DNA of 64,000 nt from an uncultured Spirochaetota bacterium (GCA_963734545.1 CAVTHO010000009.1:146747-210746), one strand, 5' to 3'. Shown: positions 38,804 to 50,329, counted from the stretch's first letter. Program-made: numbers and translations. Notes: a model not told the origin generated them from the sequence alone.

Positions 38804-41037
38804 TTCACCTCGAACACAACCCTGTCAGAGCCCCGCGCGCTCGTCAAGGAGATCGAATGAGCTCCGCGTACGAGGGGCACGCTGACCGTGGCAAGCGCTG
38901 CCCCGCGCGCCAATACGACTCCGTCGAATGCCAGCCATGCCTCTTCTCCGCTTCGGACCGCCAGAACGGCGGGAATCCTCTCCGTGCCCGACCTCAGTGT
39001 CTGGTCGAGATAGAATACCTGACCGTTCACGGGAAAAAGAATGCGCACGGATTCATCCGGATCCAGGAAGCTTTCCTGAAGGAGGGCTGCGGGCGCTTTC
39101 GGGTTGGCGTGATACGCGCAGGAGTCCGGCACCTCGGCCGCGTTTCTGAAGTACTCGCTCCGCGTGGATGGACACCATTGCGTCTCCCTCTTGCCGGTGA
39201 GGGTGCAAATCCGCGTCTCCACGACGTGTGCCGGCGCGGCGAAGTCCCTCGAGACCAGGGCGCGGGAATCGCGCGCGGTCAGCCAGGCAAGCACATCGGT
39301 CACGATCTGCGTGGGGACGACGCTGCCCGTCTTGTTGATCACCGTTCTGCCGTCGAAGTTCCCTGCCCAGACGCCCACCGTGTACAGGGGGGTCGCGGCC
39401 ACGCACCAGAGGTTGGTGAACTCGCTCGAGGTGCCGGACTTGAACATGGCGGGGAAGTCAGTGCGGAAATACGTGTGCGTGCCGAAGCCGGTCGCCCGGG
39501 CAGAGGGATCGGAGAGGATGTTGCAGATGATCCATGCGGAAAACGGATCGAAGATCCTGCGGCCCGCTCCGCTTCCGCCGCGCGCCAGAACGAGGTCGGG
39601 CAGGGTGCCGCCGCGCGGAAAGACGGTGAATGCGCGGGTGAGCTCCAGCAGGGAGATCTCCGCGTTGCCGATCGCGGTTCCCAGGCCATACCGGGCCGCT
39701 GCATCGGGGGGCAGGGCGAATCCCAGGTCTGCCAGCGTGCCCAGGAAGCTTTCCAGCCCGACGTGAAAGAGCGTGTAGACCGCGGGCACGTTCAGGGAGC
39801 TGGCCAGCGCGGTGCGCAGCCGCACCACCCCGTGGCTCCTGTTGTCGAAATTCGACGGCTTGTAGCTCACCTCGTCAGACGCTCCGAACACCATCGGCAC
39901 ATCCGGCAGCAGAGTGGCCGCGGTCCACCCTTTCTGGATGGCGCTTGCATACAGAAAAGGCTTGATCGTGGACGCGCTCTGTCTTCGGATGAGCACGCCA
40001 TCCACCTGCCCCGCGTGCGCCGTGTCCCGGAAATCCCCTGATCCCAGCCAGCCGAGCACGGCACCTGTCGCATTCTCGATGACCACCACTGCCGCGTTGG
40101 AGACGCGCGCGGCGGCGTAGCGCTGCAGGGAGAACCGCACCCGGCCCTGTATGAAATCGTTCAAGCCCAGGTCCAGCGTCGTCCGCACCTCGCCGCCGCT
40201 TGTGTCGATATTCCCGCCCGCCACCCGACCGGCGATGTACCGCGCGAAGTGCGGGGCGGCCGCGCCGGGACGCCCTGATTTCGCTCCGCGCACGGCCCGC
40301 TCGATCTCCCCTGCATCGATCCCCAGCCCCTTTTTCACCGCCACATCGCGCGCGGCGGCGATCAGGGCATCAGGATGCTCGAACGGATCATAGAGAGTGG
40401 GATTGCGAGGGATGATGGCCAGGATCAGGAGCTCCGCCGTCGACAGGGTGGACAGCTCTGCCCCGAAATACGTCCAGGCGGCGGCGCCGATCCCGCGCGT
40501 ATTCCGGCCGAACGGCAGGGCGTTCAAGTACAGGGCAAGGATCCTGTCCTTGGTGAGCCGCGACTCGATGCGCAGTGCGTCCCCGGCTTCGACGAGCTTC
40601 GCGAGAACGCTTCGCGGGTGGGGGGATATGATGCGCGCAAGCTGCATCGTGATCGTCGATGCTCCCGATCGTGCGCCATGGCCCCGCACCCGGTCTGCAA
40701 GGGCCCGTACAATGGCGGCCAGGTCCACGCCCGGGTGGAATCGAAACCTTCCGTCCTCGAGCCTTACGAAGATGTCCTCTGCCGCCTTGGGAATCCTGGC
40801 CGGGTCCACCCGCTCCTCGAAGGAGCCCCCCCTTCCCGGCATCAGCGCGATGAGGAAGCCGTGCCGGTCCGTGATTCGCGCCCCCGAGGCGTCCGAGAGA
40901 AAGGCGTCGAACGCAGGCCATGGCAGCCAGAGGAGGGCCGCTGTCAGGAGCGCGGGAGCGCCGATCAGCAGCACGGAGCGCGCAAGGAGCCTCCGGCCGG
41001 GATTCAGCCGCGTCGGGAGGTCCGGGAGCCCAGCCAT
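38800..41037 (-). CDS. pbpC: Penicillin-binding protein 1C (bifunctional GT51 transglycosylase / transpeptidase)
   Basis: GT51 motifs RFRFHPGVD and GASTITMQLARI. Transpeptidase motifs SASTIKPFLYASAI (SxxK), SLNVPAV (SxN) and KSGTS. N-terminal TM anchor. Confidence 0.8.
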   Translation of the reverse strand: MAGLPDLPTRLNPGRRLLARSVLLIGAPALLTAALLWLPWPAFDAFLSDASGARITDRHGFLIALMPGRGGSFEERVDPARIPKAAEDIFVRLEDGRFRFHPGVDLAAIVRALADRVRGHGARSGASTITMQLARIISPHPRSVLAKLVEAGDALRIESRLTKDRILALYLNALPFGRNTRGIGAAAWTYFGAELSTLSTAELLILAIIPRNPTLYDPFEHPDALIAAARDVAVKKGLGIDAGEIERAVRGAKSGRPGAAAPHFARYIAGRVAGGNIDTSGGEVRTTLDLGLNDFIQGRVRFSLQRYAAARVSNAAVVVIENATGAVLGWLGSGDFRDTAHAGQVDGVLIRRQSASTIKPFLYASAIQKGWTAATLLPDVPMVFGASDEVSYKPSNFDNRSHGVVRLRTALASSLNVPAVYTLFHVGLESFLGTLADLGFALPPDAAARYGLGTAIGNAEISLLELTRAFTVFPRGGTLPDLVLARGGSGAGRRIFDPFSAWIICNILSDPSARATGFGTHTYFRTDFPAMFKSGTSSEFTNLWCVAATPLYTVGVWAGNFDGRTVINKTGSVVPTQIVTDVLAWLTARDSRALVSRDFAAPAHVVETRICTLTGKRETQWCPSTRSEYFRNAAEVPDSCAYHANPKAPAALLQESFLDPDESVRILFPVNGQVFYLDQTLRSGTERIPAVLAVRSGEEAWLAFDGVVLARGAALATVSVPLVRGAHSISLTSARGSDRVVFEVK

Positions 41038-41975
41038 GCGAAGAACCTCTCGCCGTAGAACATGAACGCAAGACCGGCAAGGGCCAGGGGCACGCCGAAA
41101 TGGAGCAGCGGCGTGGCGGATTCACCGGCAAAGCCCAGCCCGATCAACAGGGCGATCAGCGGATTCACGAGGGCGTAGCTGACGAGCCTTTCCGCCGGCT
41201 CGACGCTCACCAGGTAGGTGTACGCGCTGAACGCGACGGACCCGACGACGCCGAGGTACAGCACCCCGACGAGCGACGCGGCCGACATGGAAGAAACCAG
41301 GACCGCGGGTGACGGGCCGACGGCCAGGCTGATCACGAGGCAGACGATACCGACGAACAGCATCTGGATGCCGCTGTTCACCGTGTTGTCGCCGCTCACG
41401 GGGAACCGATGCCCGAGGCTGGTGGCCAGACCCCACGACAGCATCCCCACCAGGCCGATCACCACGGAAGGGTTGAGGCTCGATCTGAGCGAATGCCCGT
41501 TGTACAGCAGCACCGCCACTCCGCCGAATCCGATCACGACTCCCAGCACGCGTGCCAGCGTAAGACGCTTGCGCAGCAGCAGACGGTCAAAAACGGCGAC
41601 CACGATCGGAGCGGAAGAGGCAAGAAGCGCGGCGATGTAGCTGTCGATATTGCGTTCCGCGATCGTGATTCCTCCATTGCCCACCATGAGGAGCAGGACG
41701 CCGAGGATCACGGAGGAGACGACATTGCGCGGCGAGGGCAGGCGCCTCAGGCCGCCACGGGCAGCCGACGCTCCCAGGAGAAGCGCGCCTCCGATGGTCC
41801 ATCGGATCGCAAGAACCCAGGCGGGGGAAATCGTGGCAACCGATTGACGGATGAAAAAGTAGGTCGAGCCCCAGACCACATAGATGGTGGCATAGCAGGC
41901 CACAATGACGGCGGGTTGGCGCCGCGGCACCCTGCCCGGTACTCCGTGCGGTTCGCTGAGGGGAGATCGTTTCAT
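41004..41975 (-). CDS. EamA/DMT-superfamily transporter
   Basis: Ten TM segments in two EamA repeats. Start taken at MKRSPLSE (41975); the listed ORF carries a long upstream extension. Confidence 0.7.
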   Translation of the reverse strand: MKRSPLSEPHGVPGRVPRRQPAVIVACYATIYVVWGSTYFFIRQSVATISPAWVLAIRWTIGGALLLGASAARGGLRRLPSPRNVVSSVILGVLLLMVGNGGITIAERNIDSYIAALLASSAPIVVAVFDRLLLRKRLTLARVLGVVIGFGGVAVLLYNGHSLRSSLNPSVVIGLVGMLSWGLATSLGHRFPVSGDNTVNSGIQMLFVGIVCLVISLAVGPSPAVLVSSMSAASLVGVLYLGVVGSVAFSAYTYLVSVEPAERLVSYALVNPLIALLIGLGFAGESATPLLHFGVPLALAGLAFMFYGERFFAWLGSRTSRRG

Positions 41976-42119
41976 TCGGGCGTGTCCGTGAATCTTGTAC
42001 CATTTTTGCGCGGAACAGGCCAAGGCGCCCCGTAGACAGGGATGGCGAGGGGCGCCGAGTCCAGGGAAGGACGGCAGGCGCCCTTGCCCAAGGAGGCCGC
42101 GAGAATCTACCATCCGCGC

Positions 42120-43163
42120 ATGCAAAAGAACGCACCCCGTTTCGTTGTGGTGGGGCCAGGGGCCATCGGCGGCGCGACCGCGGCACTGCTTGCACGGGCC
42201 GGCAACGATGTCACCCTGGTGTGCAAGGACGGAGAGCTTGCCGCCCGAGTGTCCAGGCAGGGCCTGCGGATTCGGGGCGCCAGGGGCGACGCGAGCGTGC
42301 GCCTGCCGGCGGTCGCCGCAATCGAGGCTTTGGCGGGTGAGTTCGACTACGGGCTCATCGCGGTCAAGGCGCCTGACCTGCCCGACGCGGCCCGGCGCCT
42401 CCTTCCTTTCCTGCGCCCCGACTCGCTCGTCGTGTCCATGCAGAACGGCATCTGCGTGGATGCGCTGGCTGCCGTGGTGGGCGCGGCGCGGACGGTCGGG
42501 TGCGTGGTGGGATGGGGCTCCACAATGCTCGCCCCGGGCGATATCGATGTCACCTCCACCGGCGAGCTTCTCATCGGCATGGCTGCCGGGGACGGCGGCG
42601 GGCGCCTGGAGACGCTGAAGAAGGCGCTGGACTCGGTTGCCGACACCCTGATCGTGAAGGACGTCCTCAGTCACCTGTACTCGAAGCTCATCATCAACTC
42701 CTGCATCACATCCGTCGGCGCGCTCTGCGGGCTTCCCATGGGCAGGATGCTGGGCCGGCGCGATGCGCGGTCTCTCTTTGTCGCGATCATGCGCGAGGCC
42801 ATTGCAGTGGCCGACGCGATCGGGCTCACGGTGCCCGAATACGGAGGCAGGCTGGACTACTACACGTTCCTCCGCGGGTCAGGGCCGCTTGCCGCGCTGC
42901 GGCGCTCGATCCTTCTCCGCCTGATCGGATTCAAGTACCGGCGCCTCCGGTCCTCCAGCCTGCAGTCCCTCGAGCGGGGCCGGAAAACCGAAATCGACTA
43001 TTTCAACGGCTACATCGTGCGGCGGGGAAAGGAGAAAGGCGTGCCGACCCCGGTCAATGCCATGATCGTCGCGCGCGTGAAAGAGATCGAGGCAGGCACG
43101 CGCGCGATCTCCACGAAAAACCTCGCCGGTGTTGACATCCCCCCCGTCATCCCCGTACCTTAG
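42120..43163 (+). CDS. panE: 2-dehydropantoate 2-reductase (ApbA/PanE family ketopantoate reductase)
   Basis: N-terminal Rossmann FVVVGPGAIGGATAALLARAGNDVTLV and the ApbA C-terminal domain (KTEIDYFNGYIVRRGKEKGVPTPVN). Confidence 0.75.
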   Translation: MQKNAPRFVVVGPGAIGGATAALLARAGNDVTLVCKDGELAARVSRQGLRIRGARGDASVRLPAVAAIEALAGEFDYGLIAVKAPDLPDAARRLLPFLRPDSLVVSMQNGICVDALAAVVGAARTVGCVVGWGSTMLAPGDIDVTSTGELLIGMAAGDGGGRLETLKKALDSVADTLIVKDVLSHLYSKLIINSCITSVGALCGLPMGRMLGRRDARSLFVAIMREAIAVADAIGLTVPEYGGRLDYYTFLRGSGPLAALRRSILLRLIGFKYRRLRSSSLQSLERGRKTEIDYFNGYIVRRGKEKGVPTPVNAMIVARVKEIEAGTRAISTKNLAGVDIPPVIPVP

Positions 43164-43168
43164 CGGGC

Positions 43169-44961
43169 ATGACCGGCAACGAGCTGAGGCGCATTTACAT
43201 CGATTTTTTCAAGGAAAAGGGCCACGCGGAGATCTCCGGAAAGTCCCTCATCCCGGAGAACGACCCCACTGTTCTCTTCACCACGGCGGGGATGCACCCC
43301 CTGGTGCCCTATATCCTGGGAGAGCCGCATCCCGCGGGAAAGAGGCTGGTGGACTGCCAGAAGTGCATGCGCACGGACGACATCGACGAGGTGGGCGACT
43401 CCGCGCACCTCACCTTCTTCGAAATGCTGGGCAACTGGTCCCTGGGGGACTACTTCAAGAAGGACGCCATCGCGTTCAGCTACGAGTTCCTCACGTCGCC
43501 CCGGTGGCTGGGCTTCTCCGCGGATTCGCTTTCCGTGACCGTCTTCGCGGGAGACGGCGAGGTGCCGCCGGATCACGAGGCGGCGGAGAACTGGAAATCC
43601 ATCGGCATTCCGGAGGAACGCATCCATTTCCTGCCGCCGCAAGGACAACTGGTGGGGACCGGCGGGTCAGACCGGACCGTGCGGCCCGGACACGGAGATG
43701 TTCATCGACACGCGGCAGTCCCCGCCTGCGGCCCCGACTGCAAGCCGGGGTGCCATTGCGGAAAGTACATCGAGGTCTGGAACGACGTGTTCATGCAGTA
43801 CAACAAGACCGCGGACGGAAAGTACCTGCCCCTCGCGCAGAAGACCGTGGACACGGGCATGGGGGTCGAGCGCACCCTCGCCATGATCCAGGGAAAGAAG
43901 ACCGTCTTCGAGACCGAGCTGTTCTGGCCGATCATCGAGCATCTTCAAGAAATCACGGGCAGGACGTACGGCGCCGAGCCGGCGGTCGACACGTCCTTCC
44001 GCATCATCGCGGATCACCTGCGCTCCTCCGTGTTCATCATCGGGGACGACCGGGGCGTGAAACCCTCCAATCTCGGCCAGGGCTACATCCTGCGCCGGCT
44101 CATCCGCCGCACCATCCGTCACGGCCGCAAGCTCGGCCTGGAGGGCAGCTTCCTCGGGGCGCTGGCCGCTCGATGTCATTGCCATCTATGAGGAGTTCTA
44201 TCCCGAGCTGCGCGAGCGCGCGGAGATGATCACGACGGAGCTGGGGCTGGAGGAAGAGCGGTTCTCCGAGACTCTGCAGAAGGGCGAGCAAGAGTTCGAA
44301 AAGCTGCTGCCCAATCTCATGAAGAACCCGCAGAAGATCATCCCGGGCCGCGTGGCGTTCCGCCTCTACGACACCTATGGGTTTCCCATCGAGATCACGG
44401 AGGAGCTGGCGCGCGAGCACGGCATGGCCGTGGACAGGAAGGGATTCGACGAGGCCTTCGAGAAGCACCAGGAGCTGTCCAAGGCGGGCGCGGAGAAGAT
44501 CTTCAAGGGCGGCCTGGCCGACCATTCGGAGATGACTACCCGGCTGCACACCGCCACCCATCTCCTCCACCAGGCGCTTCGCATGGTGCTGGGCACGCAC
44601 GTGGCGCAGAAGGGCTCCAACATCACCGTCGAGCGGCTTCGATTCGACTTCTCCCACCCCCAGCCCATGACGGAGGAGGAAGTCCGCAAGGTCGAGGCGA
44701 TCGTGAACGAGCAGATTGCCCGCAAGCTGCCCGTGACCATGGAGGTCATGACCATCGAGGAGGCGCGCGCCGCCTCGCGCCATCGCGCTGTTCGGGGAGA
44801 AGTACGCGGAAAAAGTGAAGGTCTACACGATCGGGGACTTCTCCAAGGAAGTCTGCGGAGGACCGCACGTGGAAAACACGGGCGTTCTGGGCAGGTTCGT
44901 CATCCAGAAAGAGCAGTCATCCTCGTCCGGCGTCAGGAGAATCCGCGCGGTGCTGGAATAG
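43169..44961 (+). CDS. alaS: Alanine--tRNA ligase, short form ending after the editing domain, with four or more apparent frameshifts
   Basis: N-terminus LFTTAGMHP...[44 protein letters not shown] lies in an alternate frame, then [29 protein letters not shown]. Editing-domain [24 protein letters not shown]. The C-terminus [35 protein letters not shown]...RRIRAVLE sits in another frame ending at TAG ~44959. No C-Ala domain is encoded. Confidence 0.85.
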
Positions 44962-44987
44962 CCTTCCGCGGTACTCCGCGGAGTTGG
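44962..44987. repeat. REP-like palindromic element CCTTCCGCGGTACTCCGCGGAGTTGG immediately 3' of the alaS stop
   Basis: A near-identical copy lies at 58303-58329, 3' of the ABC permease stop. Related GCGCGGTACTCCGCGC units occur three times at 47205-47290. Confidence 0.5.
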
Positions 44988-45055
44988 GCCGAAGGCCGCG
45001 CCTACAGGGCTCGCTAAAGTGCATCCCTGCACTCGCTCGCCCTCGCCATCCCTGG

Positions 45056-46517
45056 CTACGCCGGCTTCTGCAGCTTCTCCAGCAGCTCGCCGATCCCGAG
45101 GTTCTTGATCCCCATGCGCTGCGCGCGCACGAGCACCTCCAGCGCCTTTTCCTTCTTGTCCAGGGCGAGCCAGCTCTGCGCGATCTCGATGTAGAGCCGC
45201 GGATTCTTCGCGTCGTTGACCAGCAGCCCGGAGAGGCTCTCGATGGCCTCCAGGTAGTTGCCCTTCTCCTTGTTGATGAGGGCGAGCCCGAGGACCGCGT
45301 AGCTGTCGAACTCGATGTTCAGCGCCTTGCTGTAGTATTCCCGGGCGGTGTCGAGCTCGTTCATTGCGCGGTAGGAATCTCCGATGCGGGTCAGGATGAC
45401 CTTGTTGTCGGGGTCGGCATCCAGGATTTTCTGCCAGTAGAACAGCGACTCCTGCGGATCGTTCATCCCGCGGTAGCAGTCCGCGAGCCCGAAGAGGGCG
45501 TAGAAGTTGTTGGGCTGGATCTCGAGCGCCTTCTTGAAGTACGGGATGCCCTTCTCGTAGGTCTTGAGCTTGCGGTAGCAGTTGCCTATGGAGGTCAGCA
45601 CCCAGATGTTCTTCGGGTCCTTCTCGTGCATCCGCTCCCAGTAGCGTGAGCGCCTCCCGGTACTCCTTCAGGTCGAAGTGCAGGTAGCCCAGCCCGGTGA
45701 GAGCATACGGGTTGCCCGGATCGATCTCCAGGATCTTGTGGTAGATTTCCTTGGACCTGTTGAAGTCCAGCACCTTGCGATACGCGTCGGCGATCCGGGT
45801 GAGCACCGTCACGTCGCTGTCGCCCTGGTCCAGGTACTTCTCCCAGATCTCGATGGCCCTGTGGAACTGCTTCAGGGACCGGTAGCTGTCCGCCAGCCCG
45901 ACGAGGGCGTACTTGTTTCCCTCGTGATGCGTGAGGCAGTCCTCGTAGTAGCGGATGGCCTCGTGGTAGGACTTGCGCTTGCGCGCCGCGTCCCCCATGC
46001 CCACGAGGGCGTAGTTGTTCTGAGGCTCCACTTCGAGGATGCGGCGGAAGTTCTCCTCCGCCTCCGCAATGTGGTCCTCCTTGAGGAGCTGGTAGCCCCT
46101 CTTGGAAAGCTCGGATATCGACGCCGGGACGGGCGCGGACGTCTTCTCCTCGTTGCTCATTGTATTTTCGATTTCCCCTCTGCCAGCCATTGTTTCATTA
46201 CCATGTGCGATTTTTTCCACCATCGCGGCGATCTTGTCCGGAGCGGGGGCCAGCCAGTACGCCTGCAGGGCCTCGAGCGGCTTTCCCCCCTTGGCGTGGT
46301 GGTCTCCTATTCTGATCAGTCCATCGGAATACTTCGTGGTGATGAATATCCGCTGTGCGAGGCCGAACTCACCCTTATTGAACAACTGGTTGCCCTTTCT
46401 AATGAGCGCCGCTCGCTGCTCGCTAGTGAGTGGCGCTGGTTTCTCGCCCGTTACCTTCAGAAAGCCGCCTGAGGGCAACTTTTTAAGGATGTCCTGGGTG
46501 CTCATCCTTGCCTTCAC
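45056..46517 (-). CDS. TPR-repeat protein, with one apparent frameshift near 45625
   Basis: Ten or more TPR motifs (e.g. NYALVGMGDAARKRKSYHEAIRYYEDCL) across two frames. The N-terminal ~130 aa are non-TPR. Confidence 0.6.
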
Positions 46518-46593
46518 TTCAAGATACTTGATTAATTCAGCTAGAGTAAATAGCTCGGGCCGCGATCACGGCACGAACGGAGCCTGCGGCCCT

Positions 46594-47190
46594 CTATCCG
46601 ATTCGCCCTTTCGAGGACATTTCCTCGCTGCTTGCCTCGTACGCCTGGTGCAACGCCTTGCCCAGCGCCTTGAAGGCCGCCTCCGCCATGTGATGGCTGT
46701 TCTCCCCTCTGCGGATGTCCACGTGCAGGCTGATGCGCGCCTGCGACGCGAGGGCGGTGAAGAACTCACGGAGAAGAGAGAGGTCGAATGTTCCCGCCAT
46801 GGGCTGGGGAAAAGACGCGTGCCAGGACAAGGTGGGCCTGCCGCACACGTCGATCGTCACCTCTGCCAGCGCCTCGTCCATCGGGACCACGGCATGGCCG
46901 AATCGCGTCACGTGCCCGGTCTTGGCCAGCACATCGGCAAAGGCCTGTCCCAGCACGAGCCCCGTGTCCTCCACCATGTGATGGGCGTCCACCTCGAGGT
47001 CTCCGGTGCCTTCCAGGCTGAGGCCCAGCCTGCCATGAAACGACATGCTCGTCAGGAGATGGTCCAGAAACGGCAGACCGGTGCGAATTGCTCCCGGGAC
47101 GGCTGTGTCCGGGTCGAGGGTAAGGGTGATGTCTGTCTCTCGCGTCTTGCGCGTGACCTGCACTTTCCGGGACGGCACTCCGAGTTCCAC
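46594..47190 (-). CDS. hisB: Imidazoleglycerol-phosphate dehydratase
   Basis: IGPD signatures ETDITLTLD, HMVEDTG and HHMAEAAFKALG. Confidence 0.9.
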   Translation of the reverse strand: MELGVPSRKVQVTRKTRETDITLTLDPDTAVPGAIRTGLPFLDHLLTSMSFHGRLGLSLEGTGDLEVDAHHMVEDTGLVLGQAFADVLAKTGHVTRFGHAVVPMDEALAEVTIDVCGRPTLSWHASFPQPMAGTFDLSLLREFFTALASQARISLHVDIRRGENSHHMAEAAFKALGKALHQAYEASSEEMSSKGRIG

Positions 47191-47204
47191 CTTTCCGGCG
47201 CGGT

Positions 47205-47290
47205 ACTCCGCGCATTCGCTTCAATCCGGCGCGGTACTCCGCGCATTCGCTTCAAACCTGCGTGGTACTCCGCGCATTTATCCCTATTGT
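47205..47290. repeat. Three tandem ~29-bp direct repeats, each with the palindrome GCGCGGTACTCCGCGC, in the hisB upstream region
   Basis: CCGGCGCGGTACTCCGCGCATTCGCTTCAA twice, then a degenerate third copy. Confidence 0.7.
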
Positions 47291-47330
47291 ATACACCCGA
47301 CGCTGAAAATCAAATCCGGCGCCTGGACCG

Positions 47331-50046
47331 CTACGCGTGCACCACCTCCCTGCCGTTCCTCGCGCGTACTATCGCGCGCACGTAGATCTTCGCGATTTCG
47401 TTGAGGATGATCGTGGAGAAGGACAGCAGCCACACAATGCCCCACTGGAGAGCGTCCAGTCCGACGAGCTTGAAGTAGGAGGCGAGTCCGGGGACCAGGA
47501 CGACGATCACCTGCATGAAAGAGCAGAGAAAAAAAGCGCCGATGAGCCAGCGGTTCTTGAAAATGCCGACCGAGATCAGGGACTTGGTGATATGACGGGT
47601 GTTGAAGGCGTGGAAGAGCTGGCTGAGGCTCAGCACGCAGAAGGCCATGGTGCGCGCCAGGGGGAGCCCTGTTTCTTCGCCGCCGCCCAGGGACAGGCCG
47701 ATGAGGTAGGCTGCCAGGGCGAGGGAGCCTTTCACCAACCCGTTGAGAATGATGAAGGGCACGCCGCCGTGCGCAAAAAGGCTCTCCTTCGGGTTGCGCG
47801 GTTTTTCCCTGATGGCGTCCGGGTCGCCGGGATCCATGCCGAGGGCGAGGGCGGGAAACGTGTCCGTCACCAGGTTGACCCACAGCAGGTGGATGGGCAG
47901 GAGCGGAATGGGCATGCCGATGAGGATCGGGAAAAAGATACAGAGGATCTCGCCGAGGTTGCACGAGAGGAGAAAGAATATCGCCTTGCGGATGTTGGCG
48001 TAGATGTGGCGGCCTTCCTCGACGGCCTTGACGATGGTCTTGAAGTTGTCGTCGGCGAGGATGATGTCCGACGCGCCTTTTGCCACGTCCGTCCCGGTGA
48101 CGCCCATGGCGACCCCGATGTCCGCCGCCTTCAGGCTGGGCGCGTCATTCACGCCGTCTCCGGTCATCGAAACGACATGCCCATCCGCCCGGAATGCCTT
48201 CACGATGCGCACCTTGTGCTCGGGTGACACGCGCGCAAAGACGCGGACCGTCTTGACGCGCCCCGTCAGGGCGGGGTCGCTCAGCGTGTCGATTTCCGGG
48301 CCGGAGAGGGCCTCATCCTCGCTCTTCGCTATCTCGAGGGCACGGGCGATGGCGAGGGCGGTGGCCTTGTGGTCTCCGGTGATCATGGCCACCCCGATGC
48401 CGGACGCCCTGCAGACCGCGATGGAATCCTTGACCTCCAGCCGCGGCGGATCGATCATGCCGACGATGCCGAGGAATACGAGTCCCTCCTCGAGCCCCGC
48501 GCCCTCGGGCTTTTCGGAATCTTCCAGCTCGCGGTAGGCGGCGCCGAGGACGCGCAGGGCCCTGCCCGGCCATCTCGTCCGCCTCGGCAAGGATCGCTTC
48601 CTTGCGCCGTTTGTCCAGGGCCACGGCTGACCCGTCCGACATGACCCGGTCGCAGGACTCCAGGAGCCGGTCTGCCGCGCCCTTGGTCATCACGAGGCGC
48701 TGGGCGCCGCGGGCATGGACGGTGCTCATCATCTTGCGGTCCGAATCGAAGGGCAGCTCCCCGATGCGGGGTGCGTCTGCAAGGATGACCGACTTGCAGA
48801 TCCCCGCGGCGTTTGACAATTCGAGGAGGGCGATCTCGGTCGGATCGCCGGTCGCATCATCCGGGTTGCAGGCGGTGACGCCGGGCGCCCCGAGGGAGGC
48901 ATCATTGCACAGAGCTATCGCCTCCAGCAGGAGCCGCTGGCCGGACCGCGAGGCATCGATGGACGATGCGTTTCCAGATGCGCCGTCCGCGGACCATTCC
49001 ACGACGGACATCCTGTTCCGGGTGAGGGTTCCTGTCTTGTCGGAGCAGATCATGGTGACGGCCCCCAGGGTCTCGACAGCCGGAAGGCGGCGGACGATCG
49101 CCTTCTCCCTGCTCATGCGCTGGACGCCGATGGCGAGCACGATCGTCACGATCGCGACGAGGCCCTCGGGGACGGCGGCCACTGCGAGGGACACCGCGGT
49201 GAGGAAGAGCTCGAACAGCGTTTTCTCCGCGATGAGCCCGCGCCGGATAAGCTCCTCGCCCACGGCGATGGCGAACAGGAAGCCACAGAAAATGAGGATG
49301 ACCACGCCGAGCTTCCTGCCGAAATCGTCCAGCTTCTTCTGGAGGGGAGTCTCTTCCTGCTCCTCCGCATCGAGCATCGTGGCGATGCGCCCCAGCTCGG
49401 TGTCCATGCCCGTCCCGACGGCGAGTCCCAGGCCGCGGCCATAGGTGGCCAGGGTCGAGGAATACCCCATGTTGAGCCGGTCGCCGAGGGCCGAGTCCCC
49501 GTCCACGACCAGGTCGGCGCGCTTCTCCACGGGGACCGACTCGCCGGTGAGCGAGGCCTCCTCCACCTTGAGGTTGACCGCCTCGATCCAGCGCAGGTCG
49601 CAGGGTATCACGCGTCCCGCCTCGATCACGACGACGTCCCCGGGCACCACCTCATCCGAGGCGATCTCGCGGGGCGAACAGTCCCGCACGACGACGGCCC
49701 TGGGCGCGGAGAGTTTCTTCAATGCCTCGAGGGCTTTCTCCGCCTTCGATTCCTGGATGACTCCGACCACCGCATTGATGATGACCACGGCGAGTATAAT
49801 CACCGCGTCCGACCCTTCGCCGAGGAGGACGGAGATGCCGGCCGCGGCCAGGAGGATGTAGATGAGGACGTCCTGAAACTGCTCCAGCACGCGCCGGAAG
49901 AGGCTCTTGCGCTTCCTGGCGGCGAGGCGGTTGGGGCCGCAGGTCTCGAGCCTGCGCGCCGCCTCTGCCGAGTCGAGGCCCCTCGAGGGATCGACACGGA
50001 GCGCGGCAATCGCCTGGGCAGTCGTCTTGACGTGCCATTGATCCAT
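47331..50046 (-). CDS. P-type cation-transporting ATPase (P2-type, Ca2+/Mg2+-like), with one apparent frameshift near 48560
   Basis: Phosphorylation site ICSDKTGTLT, TGES, MITGDHKATALAIA, VSMTGDGVNDAPSLKAADIGVAMG. Strong AAAGGAGG RBS before the ATG at 50046. Confidence 0.85.
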
Positions 50047-50329
50047 CACATCCTCCTTTCTGCAAAAAAAAATCGCCCGGCCGCGGCGTTGCCGTCGCCA
50101 CCAGGCGATTGGTCTTGCTGACACTCGCGTGCAACGTGGACCGGGTCCGCGGCTCGTGATTCCTGTCTCCGCGGGATGACAGGCAGATGCCGCTCGCCGT
50201 GCTGACGATCCACGATCACCGGAGCCTCGAAGCTCCGGAGAAGCTACTCCCCATTCGCTGCCGGTATTATAGGGCCCCTCCCGGGATTGCACAAGTGACG
50301 GCAGAAGGCGTCCAGGGGACCGGCGCTCC

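Noticed and set aside
41976-42674. Upstream 233-aa extension of the EamA ORF (41004-42674 listed as 556 aa)
   Set aside because: The extension is Arg/His/Pro-rich with no TM segments and overlaps the divergent panE promoter region. The start at 41975 gives a typical 10-TM DMT protein.
50047-50329. ~280-bp 5' leader upstream of the P-type ATPase, considered as a possible metal riboswitch (M-box-like)
   Set aside because: I could not recognise any conserved riboswitch core motifs by eye. It may simply contain the promoter for the ATPase and the terminator of the convergent kinase.
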